Shown: positions 27,659 through 37,489 of the stretch, piece by piece
How positions within the stretch are numbered: position 1 is the first letter of the stretch
Layout: each line of letters begins with the position of its first letter
Assembly (NCBI GenBank): GCA_044347345.1
Contig: JBIKUX010000022.1
Coordinates: forward strand, 1 to 43,466
Reading direction: 5' to 3'
Length of the DNA stretch: 43,466 nucleotides
From: Bdellovibrionota bacterium
GTDB taxonomy: Bacteria > Bdellovibrionota_C > UBA2361 > JBIKUX01
Program-made: the position numbers and the translations under genes
The notes under the pieces: generated by a model
What the model saw: only the letters and a program-made list of their open reading frames with translations
Told to the model about the DNA's origin: nothing
The model's database searches: none

Positions 27659-28236
27659 GATTATTGTTTAAGGACAGTATCGCAATATCCAAAGTTATAA
27701 AATACTTCCAATCTTTAAGTGCACGCGAACAATCAATTATAATCATAGCCGTGGCAACCGCCTTATTAATGGTTGGTGCTCAAGGTGCTTCATTAATTAA
27801 AAAGGCTTTTTCTAAACAATATGATTCTTTAATAGCTTTGCAACTTAACGCAGAAGATCTAGGCAGCCTCATTCCTACTTACCTCACTACTCTCCAACGA
27901 AAACAAGAAATAGAGGCGCAGTATGAACAAATTGGTCCTTCAGACGGCAGTCTGTCATATTTAGAACGAACCATTACTTCAATTATCGGGGTCTCACCTG
28001 AAATAAGTTCGCTTCCTGCTAGACCTTTCGGAGTACGGTATCAACAAATACCCTTTCGCGTTCAATTTCGCACCCGAGAATCTGAAAAGCTATTCTCTCT
28101 TCTCAGTGCTCTTACTCGCGGCACTCAAAAGTATTTGATAAGCAGAATCGAGATAAGTCCGAGAACAATTGATAAGCAACTAGAAATTGTAATGGAACTC
28201 AGTAGCCTAGCTAGAAAGGAAGAAGCTCAGTTATGA
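27646..28236 (+). CDS. gspM: T2SS protein M
   Basis: LSAREQ motif then TM, coiled coil and ferredoxin-like C-terminus; position after gspL. Confidence 0.75.
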   Translation: MRIMRLLFKDSIAISKVIKYFQSLSAREQSIIIIAVATALLMVGAQGASLIKKAFSKQYDSLIALQLNAEDLGSLIPTYLTTLQRKQEIEAQYEQIGPSDGSLSYLERTITSIIGVSPEISSLPARPFGVRYQQIPFRVQFRTRESEKLFSLLSALTRGTQKYLISRIEISPRTIDKQLEIVMELSSLARKEEAQL

Positions 28237-29312
28237 GTAAAACTTCAATTATAAATAAAGCTGAGTATATTTCTCAGCATATTAGGATACGTTCACTCAG
28301 CCGTTTTTTTGGTATTACTTTTTTCTCAATAGTATTAGCATTTGTTGTCGCAGTGGCTTCCATAAGTCGTAAGCAGTACACTGACTTTTTGCTTGAGACA
28401 GTCCATTCTAAACTGCGTCAGAAAAAACTCTATATTTCCTTAGACGAGCCTAAGTTAATTCGAAAGCATTACTTTTCTCCCCTACCTTTGTCCCTAACTG
28501 CTAAACAGTTTACTCTTTCATACATTTCAAATGATACACAACTCACTAACACATACTTTCCTCTCACAGATTTTGAAATCCAATTCCAACTGAGGTCTAT
28601 ACTAATTCTTCGCCCCACAATATTGATAACAGGTAAACAAGATGATGGGCTTTTAAGGCTTAAAATCACTAAATCACTATTAAATGGTAACTTTTATATT
28701 TCAGGATCAGTCGACAAGTTTTCTATCTCTCGCTATCAAATATTAAAGGAAGTTGGCATTACTCAAGGAAATGTAACAACAAAAGTTGATTCGTTGGTGG
28801 TAAGTAATGGGCTCATTAAGAGTGGAAATGGTTGGGTATCTTTGAATAATTTACATAAAAGCCAAATTACTTCTGTTGAAGCACTAAGCAAAAATCTGCC
28901 AAAAGGAATTGTTATACCTTTTCCACTCCCCCCGTGGGACCCTATTAACTTTAAAAGTAACTTTGAGTATGAAAGCGATACAAAATCTGAATCAAACTTA
29001 TCTTTATTAAACTTGACATTATCTGCTGCTGAAGGACTTATAAAGGGTGAGGCTTCAATCGCTTTGCCAAAATGGCTCTACTCATTCAATACCACTGTAA
29101 GTCTGACACCGAAAGGACAAAGCGATTTCAGTAGCTATTTACCACTAATTAGTGGAGGAAAATTAACTTCCAAAACTATAAACTTTAATGTACAGGCTAC
29201 TAATATTTCTTTTACTAAGATTTCTTTACCCTTAGAGATCAGATTTACATTACTACCAAACCAAATCCCTGCTTCACAAGTTACTACCATCGAAAACAAA
29301 TATAGTTTCTGA
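28233..29312 (+). CDS. gspN: T2SS protein N-like
   Basis: N-terminal TM, beta-rich periplasmic body, ATGA overlap with gspM; called mainly from position. Confidence 0.55.
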   Translation: MSKTSIINKAEYISQHIRIRSLSRFFGITFFSIVLAFVVAVASISRKQYTDFLLETVHSKLRQKKLYISLDEPKLIRKHYFSPLPLSLTAKQFTLSYISNDTQLTNTYFPLTDFEIQFQLRSILILRPTILITGKQDDGLLRLKITKSLLNGNFYISGSVDKFSISRYQILKEVGITQGNVTTKVDSLVVSNGLIKSGNGWVSLNNLHKSQITSVEALSKNLPKGIVIPFPLPPWDPINFKSNFEYESDTKSESNLSLLNLTLSAAEGLIKGEASIALPKWLYSFNTTVSLTPKGQSDFSSYLPLISGGKLTSKTINFNVQATNISFTKISLPLEIRFTLLPNQIPASQVTTIENKYSF

Positions 29313-29492
29313 AATAAATAAATATTATCATTGCGGTTTTTTTTGCATCAATAAACAATAGGCCAATTAGTAATTAATTATGGATAGAGACACTTGACTT
29401 ATTGGTCGTTTCTTTTTTATAGAAAAGATGAAAGTATACTCTAAGTTTATAAAAACATTACCTTTTATTAAAATAACCCAACATAAGAGTCT

Positions 29493-30161
29493 ATGCTAAG
29501 CTATTTGGCCTTGGGTCTTATTCCTCCCATGCTAACCGCTGGAGGAGCCTGGTGGTTTTTTTTTCGCCGTGATTTAAATAATTCAAATCAGTCTGTTAAT
29601 CTAAACGACCCAACATTCAAAGAAATATCCGATTTAAATGTTGAGATTAGAAATCTTATTCCAGATCCTAATTTAATCGCCTCTAAACTAGACTTAGAAG
29701 TTATAGATGAGAAATATAAACAACTTCAAAAAGAACAAGAGCTTGAAAGAGACACTTTAAAAAAAATTGAAGCTACCCTTGAGGGAGCTCAAAAAGAGGT
29801 TGAACAGAAAGAATTAGAACAACAAGAGTTTAAAATATCTCAGAAAGATGAAGAACAACGCACGGAAAACCTGAGGATTCAGTTTGAAAAAATTCAACTA
29901 GAAACGGCTCAACTCGAACAAAATTTATCTGAATCTCTTCAAGATCTTCAAAATATCATTAACGAACTTGAGGAAGGCAGCAAGATTCGTACGGCATTAG
30001 AAGAGCTTTCAAGGTCGCTTGAGGAAGCGATGCAACTTCTGCGTGAATTATATTTAGAGTATAAAGTTGTAAATGAGAGAGTACAAATGATAACAAGACA
30101 ACAAGCAGAGCTTGAGGAAGAATACACTCGCTTAGTAGAACAGCAACTTGCAGGGGGATAG
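29493..30161 (+). CDS. Membrane-anchored acidic coiled-coil protein
   Basis: N-terminal hydrophobic anchor followed by long E/Q/L-rich heptads. Confidence 0.75.
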   Translation: MLSYLALGLIPPMLTAGGAWWFFFRRDLNNSNQSVNLNDPTFKEISDLNVEIRNLIPDPNLIASKLDLEVIDEKYKQLQKEQELERDTLKKIEATLEGAQKEVEQKELEQQEFKISQKDEEQRTENLRIQFEKIQLETAQLEQNLSESLQDLQNIINELEEGSKIRTALEELSRSLEEAMQLLRELYLEYKVVNERVQMITRQQAELEEEYTRLVEQQLAGG

Positions 30162-30258
30162 TTTTATATTTCTCATCTTTTACGATTGCAAAAATAGTAT
30201 TCTTCTCAGAAATTTATCGCATAACACTGGGGCGCAAATGTAATGCACTAAAAATAAA

Positions 30259-30600
30259 TTGTCTTTCTTTACAATTTGTTGCTCAAATTTTTCAAGGATT
30301 AAATCAATGGCAACTAAGCTAAACAAGAGTTCTCTTCCTTCTGGACTATCTACATATGACCTCAAACGTCTTCTTGTTTTAAAAGTACTATATTTGGCAG
30401 CGACCGGAGAAAATAGAACTTACCTTGAAGTTGATGAAATTAGTATTCAAATGGAAGAGGACGAAAAAGAAACCTGGCGTTTTCTATATGGTCTCGAAGG
30501 GCAAAAATATGTAGCTCCAGTACCATCTGGAGACCTTACGTCTCGTAAGTGGATGATAACCGAAGGAGGCATCAAAGCGATTAAACGCTTTTCTATCTAA
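30259..30600 (+). CDS. Small winged-helix-like protein
   Basis: Helix-turn-helix plus wing pattern (LEVDEIS...WRFLYGLEGQKYV...WMITEGG); likely start ATG 30307. Confidence 0.55.
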   Translation: MSFFTICCSNFSRIKSMATKLNKSSLPSGLSTYDLKRLLVLKVLYLAATGENRTYLEVDEISIQMEEDEKETWRFLYGLEGQKYVAPVPSGDLTSRKWMITEGGIKAIKRFSI

Positions 30601-30717
30601 CATATTTGATATAACTGACCGACCCGTTCACCCTTAAAAACCATTTAAAAACCATAGAGCACTTTATTAGGAGAATCTCGGATATTTAAGGTTCAATATA
30701 TCCATCAAATCATTACC

Positions 30718-30744
30718 TAAAGTTTATCCCCTATTTGCCGACCC
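30718..30744 (+). promoter_or_regulatory. Putative sigma28 (FliA)-type promoter upstream of PilY1-like gene
   Basis: TAAAGTTT-N11-GCCGACCC versus consensus TAAAGTTT-N11-GCCGATAA. Confidence 0.55.
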
Positions 30745-30800
30745 GATAGATAGCATTGGTCACAGATCTATAGGTTCTAGGGATACTGTGTAGAACTAAG

Positions 30801-33800
30801 GTGAGATTATCTATGATGGTTAGACCGATATATACACTCTTCGTTATCAGCTCCATTTTAGCCAGTATCTTCACCTATACCGTCAAGGCTCACGCTCTTG
30901 AAGTGCCGGTTTTGGTTCAATCTGCTAGTGGCTCACGCGTATTGATTTTGCTTGATGACTCTCATTCAATGTGGAATGTGATTGAGCATCCAGACTACAA
31001 TAAACTCCTCGAAACAACTTGTAAGCACAATGAACAGCATCCAAGATGCTTAATATCTGGAACAAATCCAGCTAAGTATAGGAGTTTTAAAAATTATTTT
31101 ATTTCTGGTACCAACGGACAAAATACCACTGCTACTGGTTGGAATTCGGTAGATGCTGGATTAGGCTTTCATCCCTATGAAGGTTATATCGGGCTTCCTC
31201 ATCATATTTGGCGAATTAAATCTGGAGCAGGAATTCCGTCTATTAGCTCACCAATTGAATTAGCTTTAGTCCTTGAAAATTCGATAGCAACTACTCCTGA
31301 AAGAGCAATTCCTAATGAAGTAAATATTAACAGGGATGAAGAAGGTCAACTTGAATACTCAAGTAGTCTCACCTTAGGTACAGTAAGCAATTCAAGTTTA
31401 CTTCAAGGATTTACCTGCGGCACTCGTTTTGAATGTATGCACGAAGACTTTTCCTACGGTGTACCTAATGGTGGCTATGCACCGATGGCTTGGTTTGCGG
31501 TCGGGAAAGGAGGTGACTACTCGATGTTTGGCAACTGGGCTCATAGACTTGGATATGATCCCTTCAATAGCCGATTAGCAGGCAAATCCCCCTCACAATA
31601 TTCAACTATTGCGCCACGGTGGTATCCCCAACATGCTCTTAGATCCCTATCGGTAGGTGCCACAACCCTAACTGACAGACGTAATACTTTAATGAAATAT
31701 ACCGACCCTTTCATCGTAGGAGCAGAACTATTTAGTGCGGACAGATTACACCGACAAAGCGATCTATTAACAATCCGAAATTCTAGAAATTTGGCATGGA
31801 CTTTTCCACAACAAAATCCTACCGGAAACCATTATGTAGATAGTGCTGGTAATGAATTTCAATACACTCTTTGGAGAAACTATAGATTGCCTCCCACGAT
31901 ATGTCCGTATTCAGGAAGCGAGGGTGGAGAAACTTCTGGGTCAAGTGGTGGTGGTGGTGACAGTTTTGATCCAGGTGGCGGTGGTGGTGGCGGCGGTGGT
32001 GGCGGTAACTGGGGATGTCAACCTGGTGATAATAATTGGGCACTTACCGTTTGGGACAAAGGTTTCTACCACTCTTTAGGTGGCGAAATTAACTTCATGG
32101 GCAAGATTATTAATCTACCGAGAGGAAGATACGAGCCTGACTATCTTTTTTGGATCCTCTACATAGCTAATAACGATCAACTTAGTCAATTACAAAAAAA
32201 CAAATGGGATATAGCTCTTGATACAATTAAGGACGTCATCGAAAAAAACACGAATATAGAATTTTCTTTTGATACCTTTAACCGGTGGCGACGCAAAAGT
32301 AACCTTAATGCTCCTTTTGGCGAAGTTGTATTTAATAACGGACCAAAAGATGAATCATTACAAAATCAAGTAGTTGCCCCATTCAGTTCGAATGCGAATA
32401 AAGACACTGCCAGAGCTGAACTTCTAGATCAAATCAAAAAAAGTTTACCCTTTGGAAAAACGCCGATGGGAAAAGGTTATCTAAATGCAGCAAACTACTT
32501 AGTAAACGGAGTAGGAGGAACAACCACTCCGATTTCGGATCCGTGCGCCTCGTATAGTATTATTCTCATTTCAGACGGCCTACCCGAAGGCGAATTTAAT
32601 ACTACAATGTCATGGAATGGTACCCCAATTACCGACGTAGATAATGACAACAATAATGGTAAAGAAAAGGGAACAAGCTCAGCTAACTGTCAGGATCAAG
32701 ACTGCGGATATTGGGTAGATGATCTTGCTTACATGCTTAAAAATACTGACTTACGAACAGATATGGAAGGTATTCAGTCAATTAGAACTGGAGTAGTAGG
32801 CTTTGGACTTGCCGACCAACTCCTTGATCAAATAGCTCGTAATGGAGGAACAGGAACAGCTTATTTAGCTGAAGATTCAGATACTCTCGCAGAGTCTCTA
32901 AATGAACTGTTAAGTCAAGTAATAGTTTCACCAGCCTCAGGGAGTGCTGTGATGATTAGTGAATCCTTAGAAGACCCAACTGCGGTATATCGTCCTCGTT
33001 TCCAAGCAGATAAGTGGACTGGAAATATAGATATTTTCACCGTTAATCAACAAGGTAATCTCGTATATAGCGATGACTTAGCTATCGGCTACAAGAATCT
33101 TCAGCCAAACTCGCGAACTGTAGTAGTAGGAAAACCATTTGGAAACAGTGCAATAGATACTAAAGATATTGATTTTACGCCAGCAAATGCCGATAAACTC
33201 AAAGCAAGTCTTTTTGCTCAATTCGATACTGAGCAAGAGCCATTGCCAGCTACATTATTAGAGGAACCATTAAGAGATAAAGATACCGTCGCCGCTGAAA
33301 AACTGATTAATTTTATCAGAGGTCAAAAGATAGATGGATTGCGTAGTCGAGACAGAGACGAAACGAATAAGCCAAACGCTGATTTAGGCGATATAGTTTA
33401 CTCACCGATTGTTGAAGTAAGGCCTCGAAATGGCAACTACTTAGATTTAACTGGATACGCCGATTACATTAAAAACAATAATAGGACCGAAAGGGTACTT
33501 CTTGTTGGCGCAAACGATGGTATGCTTCACGCATTCGGTAAAACGAGCAAAATAGAGAAGTGGAGCTTTATACCTGGAAATGTAGTTTCTAGTCTTCACT
33601 ATTTATCGAGACGAGATTACGCAAGCACATTCAGACGCTCCTATGTCGATGGAAAAATAACTATTCACGACATCTATATTAACGGCAGTTGGCGTACTAT
33701 AGCAGTAGTAGGCTTAAGAACAGGAGGTACATCCTATTCGGTGCTCGATATAACCAACCGTACTCAAAGGCCAACCTTACTTTTTGAAGTAAACGACCCA

Positions 33801-35180
33801 GACCAACAACTCGGCCAAAGCTGGAGTAAACCTGAAATAATTGCAACGATAAAATCTGGTAGACCAAATAAATCCTCAGACCCAAATGATTATATATGGC
33901 ATTTGGTGGTTGGTTCTAGCGAGAGACGTGCTCAAAACGGAACTAAACTTGCTGTTTATTCACTACTTGGAGATGGGATAGCTCCCGTTCCAACATTCTT
34001 AAATCTAAACCAAAACGCCCCCAAAGATATTAGGCTAGGCGATATTCTTGCGGTTCAAAGTGACCGAGACGTAGCAGTTGACCGGCTGTATGTTGGAAGC
34101 GAAGATGGCAACTTCTATCGCATAGACTTAAATAGTTCTGCTCCTAGCGAATGGAATACAGTAACACTGCTGTCACTTGGATTAAATGCTCCAATCACTA
34201 CAAAACCAACTGCGGTGTTAGTTGAAAATCCGAATCGTAACTTCGATGGTATGCCAATGGCCATAGGGGTATATTTTGGAACAGGCCGTTTTGATAACTC
34301 AAGCGATGTTAATTTAATCAAAGACTCAGTTAGACAATATATTGTCGGCTTGTTTGACCCTGTAAAAATTGCCAATGACGATTATGTTAATAGTCTGACA
34401 AGTCTAACTCTTAGTCAGCTAAAAAACCAAACAGGTGCGAGTTTTTCATCAAAATTAAACGCAAGTACAGGACTATATGAGCTTGCAGAAGGAACCAAAG
34501 GGTTCTACCACCAACTAGCTATATCTAGTACTCCTGAAGGTGGCTTTATACCACCTGTAGGAATGGTTACAAGAAATCCTATTAATCGTGAAGGAGTGAT
34601 TTTATTTCCAACTTTCCTCCCTGAATCAATATCACAAAACAACTGCAGTTTTGGTGGAGAATCCTTTATTGTAGGTATTGAAATGCGTACCGGTGGTGGA
34701 GCCGCTGCTGATTACGGCCTACCAAATGGTAGAGTAAAATATAATGGAGGCATAAGGGATTTTGACCAAAATTCTGAAATCACTGATAATGATATTAGTG
34801 ATGGTTATAATTCTAAATTGCTACATCCAGTGCTTGATGCTTATCAACCACAGGACAACAAACTTACCCGAGCAGACTTTAATCCTAAAGAAGTCACTCA
34901 GGGAATTGCACTAAGGTCAAATGTGATTCGCCTAAGCTCGGGCGGAATGCCCCTAGAGGCTTCTATCTTAACTGGCTCAAGTCGACTCCTTGTTCAAACT
35001 TCACTCATAGGCTCTCCGACTATTGGAGAACCTGAGCCACCACAAGATGGTACTGTTCCTACCCCTGGCAACCCCATAGACGGGGCAACTTTACCAAAAC
35101 CTAACACAGCACTTATAAGCCTGTTAAAACACCCAGCCAAATTTTTAACCTATCATGAAGTAACTAACGAGGGACCATAA
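30801..35180 (+). CDS. pilY1: PilY1/PilC-like pilus tip adhesin (vWA + beta-propeller)
   Basis: Signal peptide (AHA), MIDAS LLDDSHSM, TPMG, IILISDG; PilC propeller motifs LGDIVYSP, VGANDGMLHAF, YVDG, LGQSWSKP, YFGTG. Confidence 0.88.
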   Translation: MRLSMMVRPIYTLFVISSILASIFTYTVKAHALEVPVLVQSASGSRVLILLDDSHSMWNVIEHPDYNKLLETTCKHNEQHPRCLISGTNPAKYRSFKNYFISGTNGQNTTATGWNSVDAGLGFHPYEGYIGLPHHIWRIKSGAGIPSISSPIELALVLENSIATTPERAIPNEVNINRDEEGQLEYSSSLTLGTVSNSSLLQGFTCGTRFECMHEDFSYGVPNGGYAPMAWFAVGKGGDYSMFGNWAHRLGYDPFNSRLAGKSPSQYSTIAPRWYPQHALRSLSVGATTLTDRRNTLMKYTDPFIVGAELFSADRLHRQSDLLTIRNSRNLAWTFPQQNPTGNHYVDSAGNEFQYTLWRNYRLPPTICPYSGSEGGETSGSSGGGGDSFDPGGGGGGGGGGGNWGCQPGDNNWALTVWDKGFYHSLGGEINFMGKIINLPRGRYEPDYLFWILYIANNDQLSQLQKNKWDIALDTIKDVIEKNTNIEFSFDTFNRWRRKSNLNAPFGEVVFNNGPKDESLQNQVVAPFSSNANKDTARAELLDQIKKSLPFGKTPMGKGYLNAANYLVNGVGGTTTPISDPCASYSIILISDGLPEGEFNTTMSWNGTPITDVDNDNNNGKEKGTSSANCQDQDCGYWVDDLAYMLKNTDLRTDMEGIQSIRTGVVGFGLADQLLDQIARNGGTGTAYLAEDSDTLAESLNELLSQVIVSPASGSAVMISESLEDPTAVYRPRFQADKWTGNIDIFTVNQQGNLVYSDDLAIGYKNLQPNSRTVVVGKPFGNSAIDTKDIDFTPANADKLKASLFAQFDTEQEPLPATLLEEPLRDKDTVAAEKLINFIRGQKIDGLRSRDRDETNKPNADLGDIVYSPIVEVRPRNGNYLDLTGYADYIKNNNRTERVLLVGANDGMLHAFGKTSKIEKWSFIPGNVVSSLHYLSRRDYASTFRRSYVDGKITIHDIYINGSWRTIAVVGLRTGGTSYSVLDITNRTQRPTLLFEVNDPDQQLGQSWSKPEIIATIKSGRPNKSSDPNDYIWHLVVGSSERRAQNGTKLAVYSLLGDGIAPVPTFLNLNQNAPKDIRLGDILAVQSDRDVAVDRLYVGSEDGNFYRIDLNSSAPSEWNTVTLLSLGLNAPITTKPTAVLVENPNRNFDGMPMAIGVYFGTGRFDNSSDVNLIKDSVRQYIVGLFDPVKIANDDYVNSLTSLTLSQLKNQTGASFSSKLNASTGLYELAEGTKGFYHQLAISSTPEGGFIPPVGMVTRNPINREGVILFPTFLPESISQNNCSFGGESFIVGIEMRTGGGAAADYGLPNGRVKYNGGIRDFDQNSEITDNDISDGYNSKLLHPVLDAYQPQDNKLTRADFNPKEVTQGIALRSNVIRLSSGGMPLEASILTGSSRLLVQTSLIGSPTIGEPEPPQDGTVPTPGNPIDGATLPKPNTALISLLKHPAKFLTYHEVTNEGP

Positions 35181-35223
35181 TTTATTAAATATAAGACATA
35201 AGAATATTTTATATTTAAGAAAT

Positions 35224-35475
35224 TTATGTTGAAGGTCTTGGATCTAAACGTAAATCTTCAAAACACTGCTCCATACGCCTCTCAGCATCAACTAGTTTAG
35301 CTAAGTCCTGAGAGGTAGCGGAGCCGCAATCCCAAATATGAAAAATAATATCCTTAATTTCACATAAAATTGTATGGGCTTTATCTTGTAATACTTGATT
35401 TGACCCTTTAGAGATTCTTTTTTCCCATTCTAACAATCGCTTCTGTTTTGAAGCGAGAAAATTTATGTCCATCAA
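35224..35475 (-). CDS. Hypothetical small helical protein
   Basis: 83-aa ORF filling the gap between pilY1 and coaD, AGG upstream of the ATG; no family recognised. Confidence 0.5.
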   Translation of the reverse strand: MMDINFLASKQKRLLEWEKRISKGSNQVLQDKAHTILCEIKDIIFHIWDCGSATSQDLAKLVDAERRMEQCFEDLRLDPRPST

Positions 35476-35579
35476 CCTTAATCCCTATTAATTTTTTATA
35501 ACTATCAAAGATATAATAGCCTTCTCGATTTATAATAAGAAAACAGTAACCAGTTATTAAATATTTTTCTATTTTAAAT

Positions 35580-36077
35580 ATGGTATTTTCATCTAGTATT
35601 GTATTTCCAGGTTCATTTGATCCTATCACCAAGGGTCACTTTGATATTATTTCTCGAGCAGTCACGATTTTTGATACGGTAGTCGTAGCTGTTCTCGAAA
35701 ATCCGCTAAAATCTCCCCTATTTTCATTAGAGGAAAGAAAAAATTTTATACTCTCAGCTTGTAATCAGTTTGAAAAAAGAGTTGTCGTAGATCACTTTTC
35801 TGGACTCTTGGTTGATTATCTAAAGCAAAAAAATATTAGACTCGTGCTACGAGGACTTAGAGCAGTTAGCGATTACGAATATGAAGCGCAAATCGCCTTG
35901 ATGAATCGTCATTTAGACGCTCAAGTGGAAACATTTTTTTTAATGGCTAGAGAAGACTGCGCTTACATCAGCTCTAATATCGTAAAACAAATAGCTCGAT
36001 TTGGAGGAGATGTAAGAAGACTAGTACCTGAATCAGCAGCTTTAGCATTAGAGCATAAATTTAAAGCTACCAAATAA
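35580..36077 (+). CDS. coaD: Phosphopantetheine adenylyltransferase
   Basis: FPGSFDPITKGH, LRGLRAVSDYEYE, MNRHL, ISSNIVK. Confidence 0.96.
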   Translation: MVFSSSIVFPGSFDPITKGHFDIISRAVTIFDTVVVAVLENPLKSPLFSLEERKNFILSACNQFEKRVVVDHFSGLLVDYLKQKNIRLVLRGLRAVSDYEYEAQIALMNRHLDAQVETFFLMAREDCAYISSNIVKQIARFGGDVRRLVPESAALALEHKFKATK

Positions 36078-36080
36078 AAC

Positions 36081-36725
36081 TTACTCTGGAGTCACTACAA
36101 GTACTGAACCCTGAGCACGACCGTGATTCGTTCTTTGATCAAAGCTCAGATCAGAAATATTCAATTTCATAATATACCCTCGAAGCTCTTTATCTGCTTC
36201 AGCTGGAGTTACTACTAATTTACTCTGTTTTAATTTCGCTAAATAAGTCTCTATTTTTCTAACGCATTTTATATAATTATTTAGATGGGTTTGCTCATGC
36301 ACAACTAGTGCATTAATAAAACGATGCCATTCGCGTTTTTCGTTAACAGATAAATGCGCAGAATATACCCAGCACGGTAAATGCACCGAAGATCTCTCTG
36401 AAAAAGAGATAGATTCGGCCTGAATAAATCCATTAATGGGACTCGTATTCCAATCCCAAGATAAGTGCCATTTAAAAATAGCATCTCTCCAGCTACCGCC
36501 ACCGTCTTTAGGAGCATTTACTGAACGATCTTTGTATACCTGCTGAAGATTGTCACCTCTCACACTATAGTAAACTATAGGGGTGCGATTTTGGTAGAAC
36601 GGTGAGAGTAGGAGGTAAGAGGGTCTAAACTCTGCGGGACAATTAATCGGGCTGACTATTTCATGAGATTTTTTAGGAATAGCTTGTCTATAGCTATGTT
36701 CTTCTAAGTTAACACTGCAAAACAA
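36081..36725 (-). CDS. DUF922-like predicted Zn-dependent protease
   Basis: YYSVRG, WHLSW, LPCW, WHRFINALVVHEQTH (HExxH), FDQRTNHGRAQG. Confidence 0.75.
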   Translation of the reverse strand: MFCSVNLEEHSYRQAIPKKSHEIVSPINCPAEFRPSYLLLSPFYQNRTPIVYYSVRGDNLQQVYKDRSVNAPKDGGGSWRDAIFKWHLSWDWNTSPINGFIQAESISFSERSSVHLPCWVYSAHLSVNEKREWHRFINALVVHEQTHLNNYIKCVRKIETYLAKLKQSKLVVTPAEADKELRGYIMKLNISDLSFDQRTNHGRAQGSVLVVTPE

Positions 36726-37048
36726 ACCCCAAAGAATACATATTATGTGCTCTATATATAACTCACTCTCTAGAAATTTAGCCCTGGTTACTCTTTACTG
36801 CACCTCTCATTACGCACTGCTAGCGATACTTCCCAATATTTTGCCAATATGTTTCAACTTAAAATTGCCTTATCCCCTCCGGTCGGGTCGTCTTTTTGTT
36901 GGCGCTTTCTAATTGCTTAACCAACAATTAGTCATGCAAATGGCAAAAATAAAGAAACGATAATCCCCTTTAACGGGTCATTTTATAATGACTATACCCA
37001 ATTTACACACTACTCTACAAGTCAAAAATTGTTAATTGCTTATTTCTT

Positions 37049-37399
37049 GTGCAGAAGAGACATTTAATGGCAAACTTACAGAAATATTTGTTTGTAACTA
37101 ACATCATGAACTACTCCCTACCCACTAAAATCTTCTCTCGGCTTTTGTTTTCATCATGCCTTTCAGCTTGTTACTCCAAGCATTTTTATAGGCTACGCTA
37201 CATCCCTATTTTCATCGGATTTACCGTTACAATAAGTGTTACTACAGGATGCGACCGACAAACTTTTTCTTTAGGACGGGTACCTGAGCGCGTGACTACT
37301 TTTACACTTCAACATGAAAAGCCGGAACCTGTCGTATATTCGTTCACACCTGACCGTAATGTGCCTGGGCTTAATAAAGCAGTATCAGATAGTAAATAA
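37049..37399 (+). CDS. Hypothetical protein, possible lipoprotein
   Basis: Hydrophobic stretch ending TTGC; start uncertain. Confidence 0.35.
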   Translation: MQKRHLMANLQKYLFVTNIMNYSLPTKIFSRLLFSSCLSACYSKHFYRLRYIPIFIGFTVTISVTTGCDRQTFSLGRVPERVTTFTLQHEKPEPVVYSFTPDRNVPGLNKAVSDSK

Positions 37400-37489
37400 T
37401 AATGATTAAAGGTAACTTGAGAGCCTCACGTGAACTAAAAAGTGTCTTATTGCATATTCCTGATTTTCTGAACTGCAGCAGGTAAAAAT

